Position numbers and translations under genes: made by a program. Shown piece by piece: positions 1 through 7,553 of a stretch of 41,630 nucleotides of DNA (positions are counted from its first letter, which is position 1; every line of letters begins with the position of its first letter). Under the pieces are notes generated by a model. It searched no databases, was not told the DNA's origin, and saw only the letters and a list, made by a program, of their open reading frames with translations. Location: contig JBFHWZ010000003.1 of the NCBI GenBank assembly GCA_041599235.1, positions 1 to 41,630 of the forward strand. Direction: 5' to 3'. Origin of the DNA: Candidatus Woesearchaeota archaeon. GTDB lineage: Archaea; Nanobdellota; Nanobdellia; Woesearchaeales; ARS49.

Positions 1-155
1 ACTTGTCCTAACATCATTGCTCTGCAGCAAAATCGTTCAAGGCCAAGGTCGTCCATGACATCTTTGGCGTTTTCTTTTTCTGCGCGTTGCTTAAACTGCT
101 CCCATAAGTGAGCAATTGGCTTTCCGCAGCTCCAGCATCGTATTGGTATAATCAT
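1..155 (-). CDS. rpoN: DNA-directed RNA polymerase subunit N/Rpo10 (3' end runs off the window)
   Basis: Manual translation MIIPIRCWSCGKPIAHLWEQF...DDLGLERFCCRAMMLGQ has the CxxC...CCR Zn motif; usual position after rps9; not in the ORF track. Confidence 0.96.
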   Translation of the reverse strand, partial: MIIPIRCWSCGKPIAHLWEQFKQRAEKENAKDVMDDLGLERFCCRAMMLGQ

Positions 156-162
156 TTTTTTC

Positions 163-558
163 TCACCTGTATGATTTTTGTCGTTTTGATCGTGCTTTGC
201 CGTGACAGTTTGGCTTGTGTGTTTCTTTTTGGCGTACGTCGGCAACCAATAAGGTTCGGTCGTAGTCGCTGAATTCTTTGTGCAGGTTTTTGTCATAGAT
301 GCTCAGTGCGCGGGCAATAGCTGTTCTGGCCGCATCTGCTTGTGCGCTCATGCCGCCGCCGTGCACGCGGACATCAATGTTGACTCCTTTGACTGCTTCG
401 CCTGCTATGATAAGTGGTTCTTGGATTTTCATACGGTACAGTTCTGGCTGTACGTAGTCAAGCAAGTGTGAGTTGATACGTACAATGCCTGCTCCTGCTC
501 TCAGCGTTGCGCGGGCTATTGCTTTTTTGCGTGTTCCTGAAACATGAATGACATTCAT
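163..558 (-). CDS. rps9: 30S ribosomal protein S9 (uS9)
   Basis: GTRKKAIARA, GGGMSAQADA, C-terminal QKSYR. Confidence 0.98.
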   Translation of the reverse strand: MNVIHVSGTRKKAIARATLRAGAGIVRINSHLLDYVQPELYRMKIQEPLIIAGEAVKGVNIDVRVHGGGMSAQADAARTAIARALSIYDKNLHKEFSDYDRTLLVADVRQKETHKPNCHGKARSKRQKSYR

Positions 559-983
559 ACTTTTCCTCCAAGTGATTTGCAGATTGCCTCGACTGTGGTG
601 TATTTGACAACACTGAGCTTGGTGATGTTTGCTGGCTTCAGTGTTTGTGCTTTTTTGTTTTTGAATGCATCAGGCACGCCTTTGTAGCATTTGATGTTTT
701 TGAATGCTGCGGCGCCTCTGCCTTTTTTGTACGGCAGCATGCCTCTGATGATTCTTTTCAGGAATCGGTCAGGGCTTCTGAAAATAAAGGGTCCTTTTTG
801 CGGCCTGCCTTGTTCTGAGCGTCGGTAGCGGTATCGTTCAAAAGCTACTTCTTTGTTGCCTGTTATGATTGCTTTTTCGCTGTTCAGCACGCTGACGGTA
901 TTGCCTTGCAGTGCTTGTTTGGCAACATGGCTTGCTAAGCGTCCTGCTACGGTATCTGTTGCGTCAATAATTACTTCGCTCAT
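555..983 (-). CDS. rpl13: 50S ribosomal protein L13 (uL13)
   Basis: IIDA...GRLAS..AK, RIIRGMLPYKKGRG. Confidence 0.98.
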   Translation of the reverse strand: MSEVIIDATDTVAGRLASHVAKQALQGNTVSVLNSEKAIITGNKEVAFERYRYRRSEQGRPQKGPFIFRSPDRFLKRIIRGMLPYKKGRGAAAFKNIKCYKGVPDAFKNKKAQTLKPANITKLSVVKYTTVEAICKSLGGKV

Positions 984-1342
984 CCTAATATCCTCACTTC
1001 TGATGCTTTTGGATTTTTCTTAAGTAAGTCTGAAATGGTAAGGCAGGTGCCTTTTGCGTCTTCAATGCGTTTTTTTGCGCCATCACTGAATGACCAGGCT
1101 GCAATAATCAGTGCATGGTTGAGTGTGCCTGTGCCCAGCACTTTGCCTGGCACAATGACTGTCTCATTTGCCTTGGTGAACCTGTTGATTCTGGAAATAT
1201 TAACCACTCTGCGTTGTCTGGTTGATCGTTCCAGGTCATCTGCAATGCGTCTCCACAGGCCAGCCTTTTGGCTACTTGCTTCTTTGCGCAATGTCTGTAT
1301 AAGCGCTTGCAAATGTTGGTTTGATGGTCCGGTTCGTTTCAT
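980..1342 (-). CDS. rpl18e: 50S ribosomal protein L18e
   Basis: VNISRINR, VIVPGKVLGTG, FSDGAKKRI. Confidence 0.97.
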   Translation of the reverse strand: MKRTGPSNQHLQALIQTLRKEASSQKAGLWRRIADDLERSTRQRRVVNISRINRFTKANETVIVPGKVLGTGTLNHALIIAAWSFSDGAKKRIEDAKGTCLTISDLLKKNPKASEVRILG

Positions 1343-1355
1343 GTTAGCTTGCTAA

Positions 1356-1389
1356 AATGAAATTCGTTGAATTTCAACGTAATTTCATT
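1356..1389. repeat. Near-perfect inverted repeat between tRNA-Leu and rpl18e
   Basis: AATGAAATT-CGTTGAA-T-TTCAACG-T-AATTTCATT: 16 bp with one bulged base. Confidence 0.85.
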
Positions 1390-1410
1390 GTGCGTTACCT
1401 TTGAGTATAA

Positions 1411-1496
1411 TGCGGAGGAAGGGATTTGAACCCTCGCACCCACTAAGGGACAAGGCCCTCAACCTTGCGCATTTGACCAGGCTCTGCCACCTCCGC
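1411..1496 (-). tRNA. tRNA-Leu(GAG), CCA not encoded
   Basis: Acceptor GCGGAGG/CCTCCGC+A73, anticodon arm CAAGG-TTGAGGG-CCTTG, long variable arm, T-loop TTCAAAT. Confidence 0.97.
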
Positions 1497-1499
1497 GTT

Positions 1500-2279
1500 T
1501 TATTTGAGGAGTGTTTGCAACTCTTGCAATGATTCTGATAATGCATCAGCAGCAGTGGTTGCAATTTCTGAGGCAGTGAGCTGTCCCCATGGTTCTATAG
1601 TGAATACCATATTGTTCTTGTTGTACTCTACTTTGACGACGTCATCGCAGACACCATCGCAGGCATCAACAAGGTTGTGGTCAAGTATGAGGTTTTTGTC
1701 CAGTTTGCCGTTCTTGTCAAATGCCTGGCGTGGGTATTTGTTTTTGAACTCTTCAAACTTTGAACTGTTATTGTTAACGGTGATGATTGGTTCGTAGGCA
1801 TAATGTACTAAGCCCGGAATCCATTTGGCATGTTGCTTGCCTGTTCCTAAGACTGCAGTTGCTTCAAATTCCAGTTCCTGGCCTTTGAGCAATTTCACTA
1901 TCGGCGTTTCAGGATACACTGGCTTGATTTTAGGATCTTTAGGTTTCAGGTCTGAAGCATGCACAATGCCTGCACCTTTTGCTTTAAGTGTTATTTTGCA
2001 CTGGCAGCGTGCGCAGCCTTCGCCTTTGCACTTGCACTGGTCAGGTAGTGAGTAACTTTTGAGGTCTGTATTGAGCGGAATAAGGCCCAGTCGGTGCGCA
2101 ACAATTTCATCATAGAGCACCGAGGTGTTTTTGGCAAACTCAACAGTATCAACTGCCATGGTTGGTACTGAGTCAAGCATAGACCGCCTGAGCGAATTAG
2201 CTAATGCAGGCGTAATGCCTTTCAGGAGAAACGTTACGCGTCCTGTCTTTTTGTCCTTGTGTATGACTGTCAGATCCAT
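1500..2279 (-). CDS. rpoD: DNA-directed RNA polymerase subunit D/Rpo3
   Basis: ANSLRR...VPTMA, NTSVLYDEIVAHRLGLIPL, HAKW; start moved to ATG 2279, just after the rps11 stop. Confidence 0.97.
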   Translation of the reverse strand: MDLTVIHKDKKTGRVTFLLKGITPALANSLRRSMLDSVPTMAVDTVEFAKNTSVLYDEIVAHRLGLIPLNTDLKSYSLPDQCKCKGEGCARCQCKITLKAKGAGIVHASDLKPKDPKIKPVYPETPIVKLLKGQELEFEATAVLGTGKQHAKWIPGLVHYAYEPIITVNNNSSKFEEFKNKYPRQAFDKNGKLDKNLILDHNLVDACDGVCDDVVKVEYNKNNMVFTIEPWGQLTASEIATTAADALSESLQELQTLLK

Positions 2280-2281
2280 AG

Positions 2282-2680
2282 TTATACCCTCCGGCCTCTG
2301 CGACCGCCTTTCTTTCTGCACCCGCCATGCGGCAAGGGAGTAACATCTTCGATAATGCCTATTTTCAGCCCCATTCTGCTCAGGGCTCTGATAGCTGCTT
2401 GTGCGCCTGGACCTGGATTGTTAGGTCCGTTGTGTCCGCCCGGAGCGCGCACTTTCACGTGCAGGCCATTGATGCCTTTATCGCGGGCAATTTCAGCCAC
2501 GCGCTTTGCTGCCATCATGGCTGCTGTTGGTGAGCTTTCCATGCGGTGTGATTTAACCACTTGGCCACCAGAGCTGACCGCAAGTGTTTCTGTTCCAGAA
2601 ACATCAGTAACATGAATGATCGTGTCATTATAGCTGGCGTAAATGTGTACCACGCCCCATCGTATATCGCTTTTCTTCAT
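2282..2680 (-). CDS. rps11: 30S ribosomal protein S11 (uS11)
   Basis: [42 protein letters not shown]. Confidence 0.98.
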   Translation of the reverse strand: MKKSDIRWGVVHIYASYNDTIIHVTDVSGTETLAVSSGGQVVKSHRMESSPTAAMMAAKRVAEIARDKGINGLHVKVRAPGGHNGPNNPGPGAQAAIRALSRMGLKIGIIEDVTPLPHGGCRKKGGRRGRRV

Positions 2681-3234
2681 TTTTTCTCTGCAGGTGCTTC
2701 TGTTTTTTGCTCAGGAGGTTCTGGCAGTTTTCGTTCTGGATGCTCAGCATCTGCTAAGCTGGAATGTGCAACAAAGTCAACACCTGCTTCTTCTTGCAGG
2801 CTCACCAAATAGCTGGGTGCAGTTATTTTTTTGCCCGAGCAAGTAATGTGCCGGTGGGTGATGAACTGTCGTGCTTGTGCTATGTTTCGCGCAAGCCCTT
2901 TTTTGTGCACAACAGTCTGTAATCGTCTATTGAGTATGTCTTTAACCGTCAATCCAAGAACATCATCGAGGTGCGCTCCTGCTTTAATCATGCCCAGGCG
3001 CTGCAGGCGCTGCATGAGCTGGTCGCGTTCTTTGTCTGCTTGTGCACCACGAGCTGCAATCAGTTTTTTTGCTTGTGCTTGTGCGCTTTTGAGCTTGCTT
3101 GATGCGCGCCAGAGCTCTTGCTTGTTCTTCAGGCCATACTCGTACACAAGTGCTTTTTCTTCCTCAATACGTGCCTTGTTCCAAGGATGTCCTGGTCCTC
3201 TGAATTTCGCCCGTAGTTTTCGTGGATCTCCCAT
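2677..3234 (-). CDS. rps4: 30S ribosomal protein S4 (uS4)
   Basis: [32 protein letters not shown]. Confidence 0.98.
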   Translation of the reverse strand: MGDPRKLRAKFRGPGHPWNKARIEEEKALVYEYGLKNKQELWRASSKLKSAQAQAKKLIAARGAQADKERDQLMQRLQRLGMIKAGAHLDDVLGLTVKDILNRRLQTVVHKKGLARNIAQARQFITHRHITCSGKKITAPSYLVSLQEEAGVDFVAHSSLADAEHPERKLPEPPEQKTEAPAEKK

Positions 3235-3253
3235 GTTCGGTTACCTTGTTTAC

Positions 3254-3724
3254 TTATTTCCCTGCTTTCTTGCCTGTTTTTGCACGTTTGACGCCCATCA
3301 CTTTTCCTTTGTTCTTACGGAAATTGCTTTTGGTGCGCTGACCGCGTACAGGCAAGCCTGCTGCATGACGCATGCCGCAATATGATTTTATTTTTTTCAT
3401 CATTTTGATGTCATTTTCTTGAGTCAGTTTGAGATTAGAAGTGAGCAAGTGCGTGTTTTCACCTGTTACTGGATCGCGTCGCCTGTTGAGCATCCAGGCA
3501 GGCAAGCCTGCGGTGTGCAAAGACGTGCTGATATCATTAAGCTTCTTGGTTTGCTCATCACTTAAAGCGCCTGTTTTGGTTGCAGGATCAACTGCAGCAA
3601 GTGTGCAGACTGCACGTGCGCACATGAAGCCAATGCCCTTGATTTTTGTCAAGGTATAGCCTATTGGCTTCTTGCCATCAAGATCAGTGTTTGCTATGCG
3701 TACTATATACTTAAGATCTGCCAT
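3254..3724 (-). CDS. rps13: 30S ribosomal protein S13 (uS13)
   Basis: IVRIANTDLDG, IKGIG, RHAAGLPVRGQRTKSN. Confidence 0.98.
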   Translation of the reverse strand: MADLKYIVRIANTDLDGKKPIGYTLTKIKGIGFMCARAVCTLAAVDPATKTGALSDEQTKKLNDISTSLHTAGLPAWMLNRRRDPVTGENTHLLTSNLKLTQENDIKMMKKIKSYCGMRHAAGLPVRGQRTKSNFRKNKGKVMGVKRAKTGKKAGK

Positions 3725-3732
3725 AGTGTTAG

Positions 3733-3792
3733 AGCCCGATAGAATTAAACGTAACCGTTTAACCCTCAGTTCGCCCCCAAAGGACTCGGGCT
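3733..3792 (-). promoter_or_regulatory. Structured 5' leader of the rps13 operon (putative three-way junction)
   Basis: Minus strand: AGCCCGA/TCGGGCT closing stem enclosing GTCCT-TTG-GGGGC and AGGGTTAAACG-GTTA-CGTTTAATTCT hairpins. Confidence 0.6.
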
Positions 3793-3817
3793 GGTATAGT
3801 AGAGAAGTGGTGCATCA

Positions 3818-3830
3818 TTTATAAAGGTTT
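3818..3830 (-). promoter_or_regulatory. BRE/TATA promoter of the rps13 operon
   Basis: AAACC-TTTATAAA on the minus strand. Confidence 0.75.
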
Positions 3831-3849
3831 CGAGCACAAAGGAAACAGT

Positions 3850-3857
3850 TTTATATA
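3850..3857 (+). promoter_or_regulatory. TATA box of tRNA-His
   Basis: GAAACAGT-TTTATATA, 25 nt before the tRNA. Confidence 0.7.
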
Positions 3858-3882
3858 GGAACCAAGACTTTAAAAACGCCAT

Positions 3883-3954
3883 GGTGGCCGTGGCGTAATG
3901 GTAGCGTAGAAGACTGTGGCTCTTCTGGCCCGGGTTCGATTCCCGGCGGCCACC
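3883..3954 (+). tRNA. tRNA-His(GTG) with genome-encoded G-1
   Basis: G-1 plus GTGGCCG/CGGCCAC plus C73; anticodon arm GAAGA-CTGTGGC-TCTTC; T-arm CCGGG-TTCGATT-CCCGG. Confidence 0.97.
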
Positions 3955-3957
3955 CTC

Positions 3958-4452
3958 TTATTGCTTTAATCGCGATACCATATATGGTATCATAAAGCCG
4001 CCTGTGTACACGAGCGCAACCAGCAGCGGGTTGTGTAAGGGCGTGCCCAGTTGCATAAGCACTTCTAAGCGATTGGCAAAATATGCCATGATGTAGACAT
4101 TAATCAGTGCTAGTGCTGGCAAGAATACGCTCATGATGAGCATGTGTTCGTGCTGCATTTTCTGGATGTAGCCTGCTATGACGCTCACGAGAAAGCCAAA
4201 GGATACTGCTATAAAGAACAGGCTGAGGTACAGCCAGAAGCCTGATAAAATCAGCAAAAACGGAACAATGACTACTGAAACAATGAAGTTGCCGAGGATA
4301 ATGAGAAGCAATCCTATCCAGAGCGCTGCTGAGTCAAGAACGCGCACAGTATCTGTTTTTTTATGATGTGCTCTGCCTAGAATGCGGATTGTTTTTTCAA
4401 CCTCCCGCTGGGACCACCCTTTTTTGATAAGCAGTTTCTTGAGGTTTTCCAT
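3958..4452 (-). CDS. Hypothetical membrane protein (~4 TM helices, basic N-terminal helix with KGWS motif)
   Basis: Hydrophobic segments; 1-nt TAATG overlap with the upstream gene. Confidence 0.8.
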   Translation of the reverse strand: MENLKKLLIKKGWSQREVEKTIRILGRAHHKKTDTVRVLDSAALWIGLLLIILGNFIVSVVIVPFLLILSGFWLYLSLFFIAVSFGFLVSVIAGYIQKMQHEHMLIMSVFLPALALINVYIMAYFANRLEVLMQLGTPLHNPLLVALVYTGGFMIPYMVSRLKQ

Positions 4453-4916
4453 TAGTCTTCTTTTTTGCCTTCAATAAGGTCAGTAACATGCTGCACATAT
4501 TCCTGCGTGCGCTTGTAATAATCACCGATAATATCGATGGTTACTTCTATTTTTTTGCTGTCTACGTCGGCAGTCATGGTGACGTGCCGACGGAATTCCT
4601 GTGCTCGGGTAAATTCTGCTTTGTTGATTTTCCTAAGCATCAAAAAGAAGTCTGCATAGTTTTTGACTGTTTCATCGTCAGCATAAGCTTTATTGATTGC
4701 TTCAATACGCAGGCGCGGAAGTTTAGGTACGTCAGGAATCGTTCCTTCTTGCTTTGCCTTGATGAGCAGTGCTTCATTGGCTGAGTCTATAACATTCATC
4801 AATCGCGCAATAAGTGATTTCAGTACGTCTACGGTTCGCGTGTACTTCAGACTAACGTGATAGAGATGGTCTGCCCTATTAAGTTCTTTTTTCGCTCGGT
4901 CCAATGCTTCAATCAT
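4452..4916 (-). CDS. Hypothetical alpha-helical protein (possibly HEPN-like)
   Basis: 154-aa ORF coupled by ATGA to NAC; the fold guess is inference only. Confidence 0.8.
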   Translation of the reverse strand: MIEALDRAKKELNRADHLYHVSLKYTRTVDVLKSLIARLMNVIDSANEALLIKAKQEGTIPDVPKLPRLRIEAINKAYADDETVKNYADFFLMLRKINKAEFTRAQEFRRHVTMTADVDSKKIEVTIDIIGDYYKRTQEYVQHVTDLIEGKKED

Positions 4917-5251
4917 TCTGATAATTCCAAAATAGCTGCTGCCAGGTCGCCTTTGTGCTTTTTGATGGCAGCTCGAGCGTCGTCTTCACTCTTGCCTGTC
5001 TGACTCACGACTGTCTTCACATCATCGTCTGAAATGTCTGGTTCAGTGCTCAGTTCCTGCACTTGCGGGGTGCCAATAATCTGGTAGCTTTCTTGCCCGC
5101 CCATGTTCACTTTGCTGACTTGCGGCTGGCTAAAGACATATTGTTTGTCTTTTGTTTTGATAATAACTTCTGTTGCATCAAGCTCTACCTGCTGGATGCC
5201 TAAGCGTTTCATGGCTTTTGCCATATCCCGTGCATTCATTCCTGGTAACAA
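4913..5251 (-). CDS. nac: Nascent polypeptide-associated complex protein (aNAC)
   Basis: PGMN...MKRLGI, EVII, YQIIG, C-terminal UBA-like GDLAAAIL; TTG start preceded by GGTGA. Confidence 0.95.
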   Translation of the reverse strand: MLPGMNARDMAKAMKRLGIQQVELDATEVIIKTKDKQYVFSQPQVSKVNMGGQESYQIIGTPQVQELSTEPDISDDDVKTVVSQTGKSEDDARAAIKKHKGDLAAAILELSE

Positions 5252-5257
5252 GAGAAC

Positions 5258-5428
5258 TCACCCAATAAGTGCTCCTCCAAACATATGGAGCAGTATGGTT
5301 ACTATGATGACTATGACTGAAAAGATAATGACGTGCACAGGCCTGAACTCTATCTTGCTTTTGTATTCGTTAAAATAGCGCGTTAAGCCAGCTGTGCTCT
5401 GCGGCATTGATACTTGTCTGTCTGCCAT
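5258..5428 (-). CDS. secG: Preprotein translocase subunit Sec61beta
   Basis: MPQSTAGLTRYFNEYKSKIEFRP followed by a single TM helix; start set at ATG 5428. Confidence 0.92.
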   Translation of the reverse strand: MADRQVSMPQSTAGLTRYFNEYKSKIEFRPVHVIIFSVIVIIVTILLHMFGGALIG

Positions 5429-5438
5429 GGTAAAAAGG

Positions 5439-5790
5439 AAGTTGGGTGGGCGTAAGCTGCCTTCTGTCAGCCCCCGAAACACTCGTGTCAGTGCAAACAG
5501 TTTTACCTGTTTTGGACGGGCTGTCTTGGCATTCTACTAAGCGCACATACTGTGCTTGCACCTGCCAGTCCTATCCGTTTCAGCGCTCCCTTGTGCCATG
5601 CTCGGCTGGTTATCTTGCTGCTGTTGCCAGCAGTGTCGCAAGCCTCATAGCGATCACAAGGACGTGTCGTGTCTGTGATGGTGCCCTCCATTACTGGAGC
5701 TCCCTTTCGAGAGTGGCTCATTTCACGTTTCCGTGAGGTGGGCAGACTTTCCTCAGACCAAGGTCCGGTAGCCAAGTACCCTCCCAACTT
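5439..5790 (-). ncRNA. rnpB: RNase P RNA
   Basis: CR-I GAGGAAAGTCTGCC pairs with CR-V ACAGAAGGCAGCTTA (P4); P1 GTTGGGAGGG/CCCACCCAAC; P2 CTTGGC/GCCAAG; ACAGA and TGAAAC S-domain motifs; TATA box at 5814-5821. Confidence 0.95.
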
Positions 5791-5813
5791 ACGTATTTAT
5801 GAGTGCAGCAGAT

Positions 5814-5821
5814 TATTTAAA
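5814..5821 (-). promoter_or_regulatory. TATA box of rnpB
   Basis: TTTAAATA on the minus strand, 23 nt before P1. Confidence 0.7.
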
Positions 5822-6004
5822 AGTATCGTAAGAGTGCTGGCTTGAGAGCCCTTCTAGCGCTTATTTTTAGGGGTTTGAGAGGGTTGTTTTTGGCCTCCAG
5901 GACAGGTCTCCTGCCTTTTTACCACCCCTCAGTGATTAAAAATAGAAAGGTTTAAATACTAGAAATGCTCTAGAGATTCCAACACAAACGAGGGTGATGA
6001 CACC

Positions 6005-6373
6005 ATGAACAGAGATGACCAAAACGCAGAATTCCTTAAAAAACTAGAATACAGCATGCGCGAGCAGACTGCAACTGAAGAAACCCGTCCGCACTGGACC
6101 AAGTTACGAGATGCAGCAATTGACGGCACCCTGGAAGATTTTGATGACCTTCTAGCACGCGAACGTGCCTGGGATGGCACTGATCGACGTGGTGATTTAC
6201 GCTTACGAAAACGTGTTGCAGCTGGCCAATTAGATGCTCATGAAGCACGAAACAGCTATCGGCCAACAGAAATTATTGAAACAGACAGACCGTATTTCAT
6301 CGACCCCAGCGGCAGTGTTCACTTAGAACGGCCTGATTGGGACATGGACGGTTTTTACGATAACGGTGAATAA
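6005..6373 (+). CDS. Hypothetical protein
   Basis: TATA TTTAAATA at 5951-5958 and SD GAGGGTGA before the ATG; no recognisable family. Confidence 0.75.
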   Translation: MNRDDQNAEFLKKLEYSMREQTATEETRPHWTKLRDAAIDGTLEDFDDLLARERAWDGTDRRGDLRLRKRVAAGQLDAHEARNSYRPTEIIETDRPYFIDPSGSVHLERPDWDMDGFYDNGE

Positions 6374-6374
6374 A

Positions 6375-7553
6375 ATGGGTTTTTTTAAATCCAAAGAGCA
6401 AAAACGTTCAGAAGAACGGCTCAGAATAGCACAAGGATTGCGCACTGCTCGCGGATATGCCCGAGCAGGGAATGTAAAAGAAACCCAAACGCATCTTGAC
6501 ACTGTTTTGCGCACAGTCAAGCGCTCTAATTTTTCTGATGACTACACGCAAGACCTGTACAAAGGCATTGTGCCCAAAAGCATTGAGCATGAGCAGCTCA
6601 ATGAAATCAAGAGAAAAGCCACACCTTCTCGTTTATTGAGCTATAGTTTTGATGAGTCAAGCATTGAGCAGGCTGTTGAAACAGTCAGCCAAGCATATGC
6701 TGATGCTGGTAAGGACTGTGATGAGCAAGCAGTGCGCCATCGCCTCTATCGCACCATTATGAAGCCATTGTTTGGCATTATTGAAACGCACGTTAACAAC
6801 GGCAATGTTAACAATTTTGAAGACTTAGAAGAGCGAATATTGCATTATGCACGGAAAAGCAAGGCTCCAGAAGCGCGTCTTGCAGGCTTAACCCAGGAAC
6901 TTATGCTCGCTAAAGGCCAAGTGTATGCTAACAAGGCTGGACTGCTTATGAATGAAATGGTGCAATTGCACAAATCAGGCAAAGCAGGTCCTGACCTGAT
7001 GCCTGCAGTTGAGCAGTGCGTTGAGCAGGCAAACACGTATGTTCCTGATGGCAATTTGGAAATCAAGCAAGGCACGTATGCACTTGCTGCTGACGTGCTG
7101 ATCAGGCAATTGTTTGCGCCAAGAGTTCATGCAGAGGGCGTTGCTGAATTTGACCAGGCAGTGCAGTCAGTTCGGGACTATGCTGCCAAAGCAGGTTTTG
7201 AGGGCGAACGCAAAGAAAAAGTTGAACAAAAACTGAGCGCCATTATCAAAGCAACCCATACTATGGTTGGACAGCTCCTGCCGAAGATTATTGAAACCAA
7301 GAATCAGAAGTTCTTTGACCGCGCAGCAGGATTTTATGTTGGCTTTGCCAAGCACTATGCTGACATACTTGGTGTTACTCCAGAAGAAGCAGAAGCAACA
7401 GTGAATAACTATAGAACGCAGTTAGACTCAACAGGACAAAAGGGTTATCACGCAACAAGTCAAGAAGAGATGTGGACTTTGTTGGGTGGCGGTTCAATCG
7501 ATACATCGTTTAATGATATTGTTAAGCCTAAGGATTATGGACAGAAGGAGTAA
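6375..7553 (+). CDS. Hypothetical alpha-helical protein with degenerate repeats
   Basis: 392-aa ORF from ATG 6375, 1 nt after the previous stop; SD-like GGTGA. Confidence 0.85.
   Translation: MGFFKSKEQKRSEERLRIAQGLRTARGYARAGNVKETQTHLDTVLRTVKRSNFSDDYTQDLYKGIVPKSIEHEQLNEIKRKATPSRLLSYSFDESSIEQAVETVSQAYADAGKDCDEQAVRHRLYRTIMKPLFGIIETHVNNGNVNNFEDLEERILHYARKSKAPEARLAGLTQELMLAKGQVYANKAGLLMNEMVQLHKSGKAGPDLMPAVEQCVEQANTYVPDGNLEIKQGTYALAADVLIRQLFAPRVHAEGVAEFDQAVQSVRDYAAKAGFEGERKEKVEQKLSAIIKATHTMVGQLLPKIIETKNQKFFDRAAGFYVGFAKHYADILGVTPEEAEATVNNYRTQLDSTGQKGYHATSQEEMWTLLGGGSIDTSFNDIVKPKDYGQKE

Noticed and set aside
3733-3792. Degenerate tRNA upstream of rps13, where many archaea have tRNA-Ser
   Set aside because: No T-loop or D-loop consensus; kept as a structured leader instead
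5370-5787. ORFs 5503-5787(-), 5446-5736(+), 5370-5561(-) and the N-terminal extension of 5258-5482
   Set aside because: They overlap the RNase P RNA, which explains the sequence
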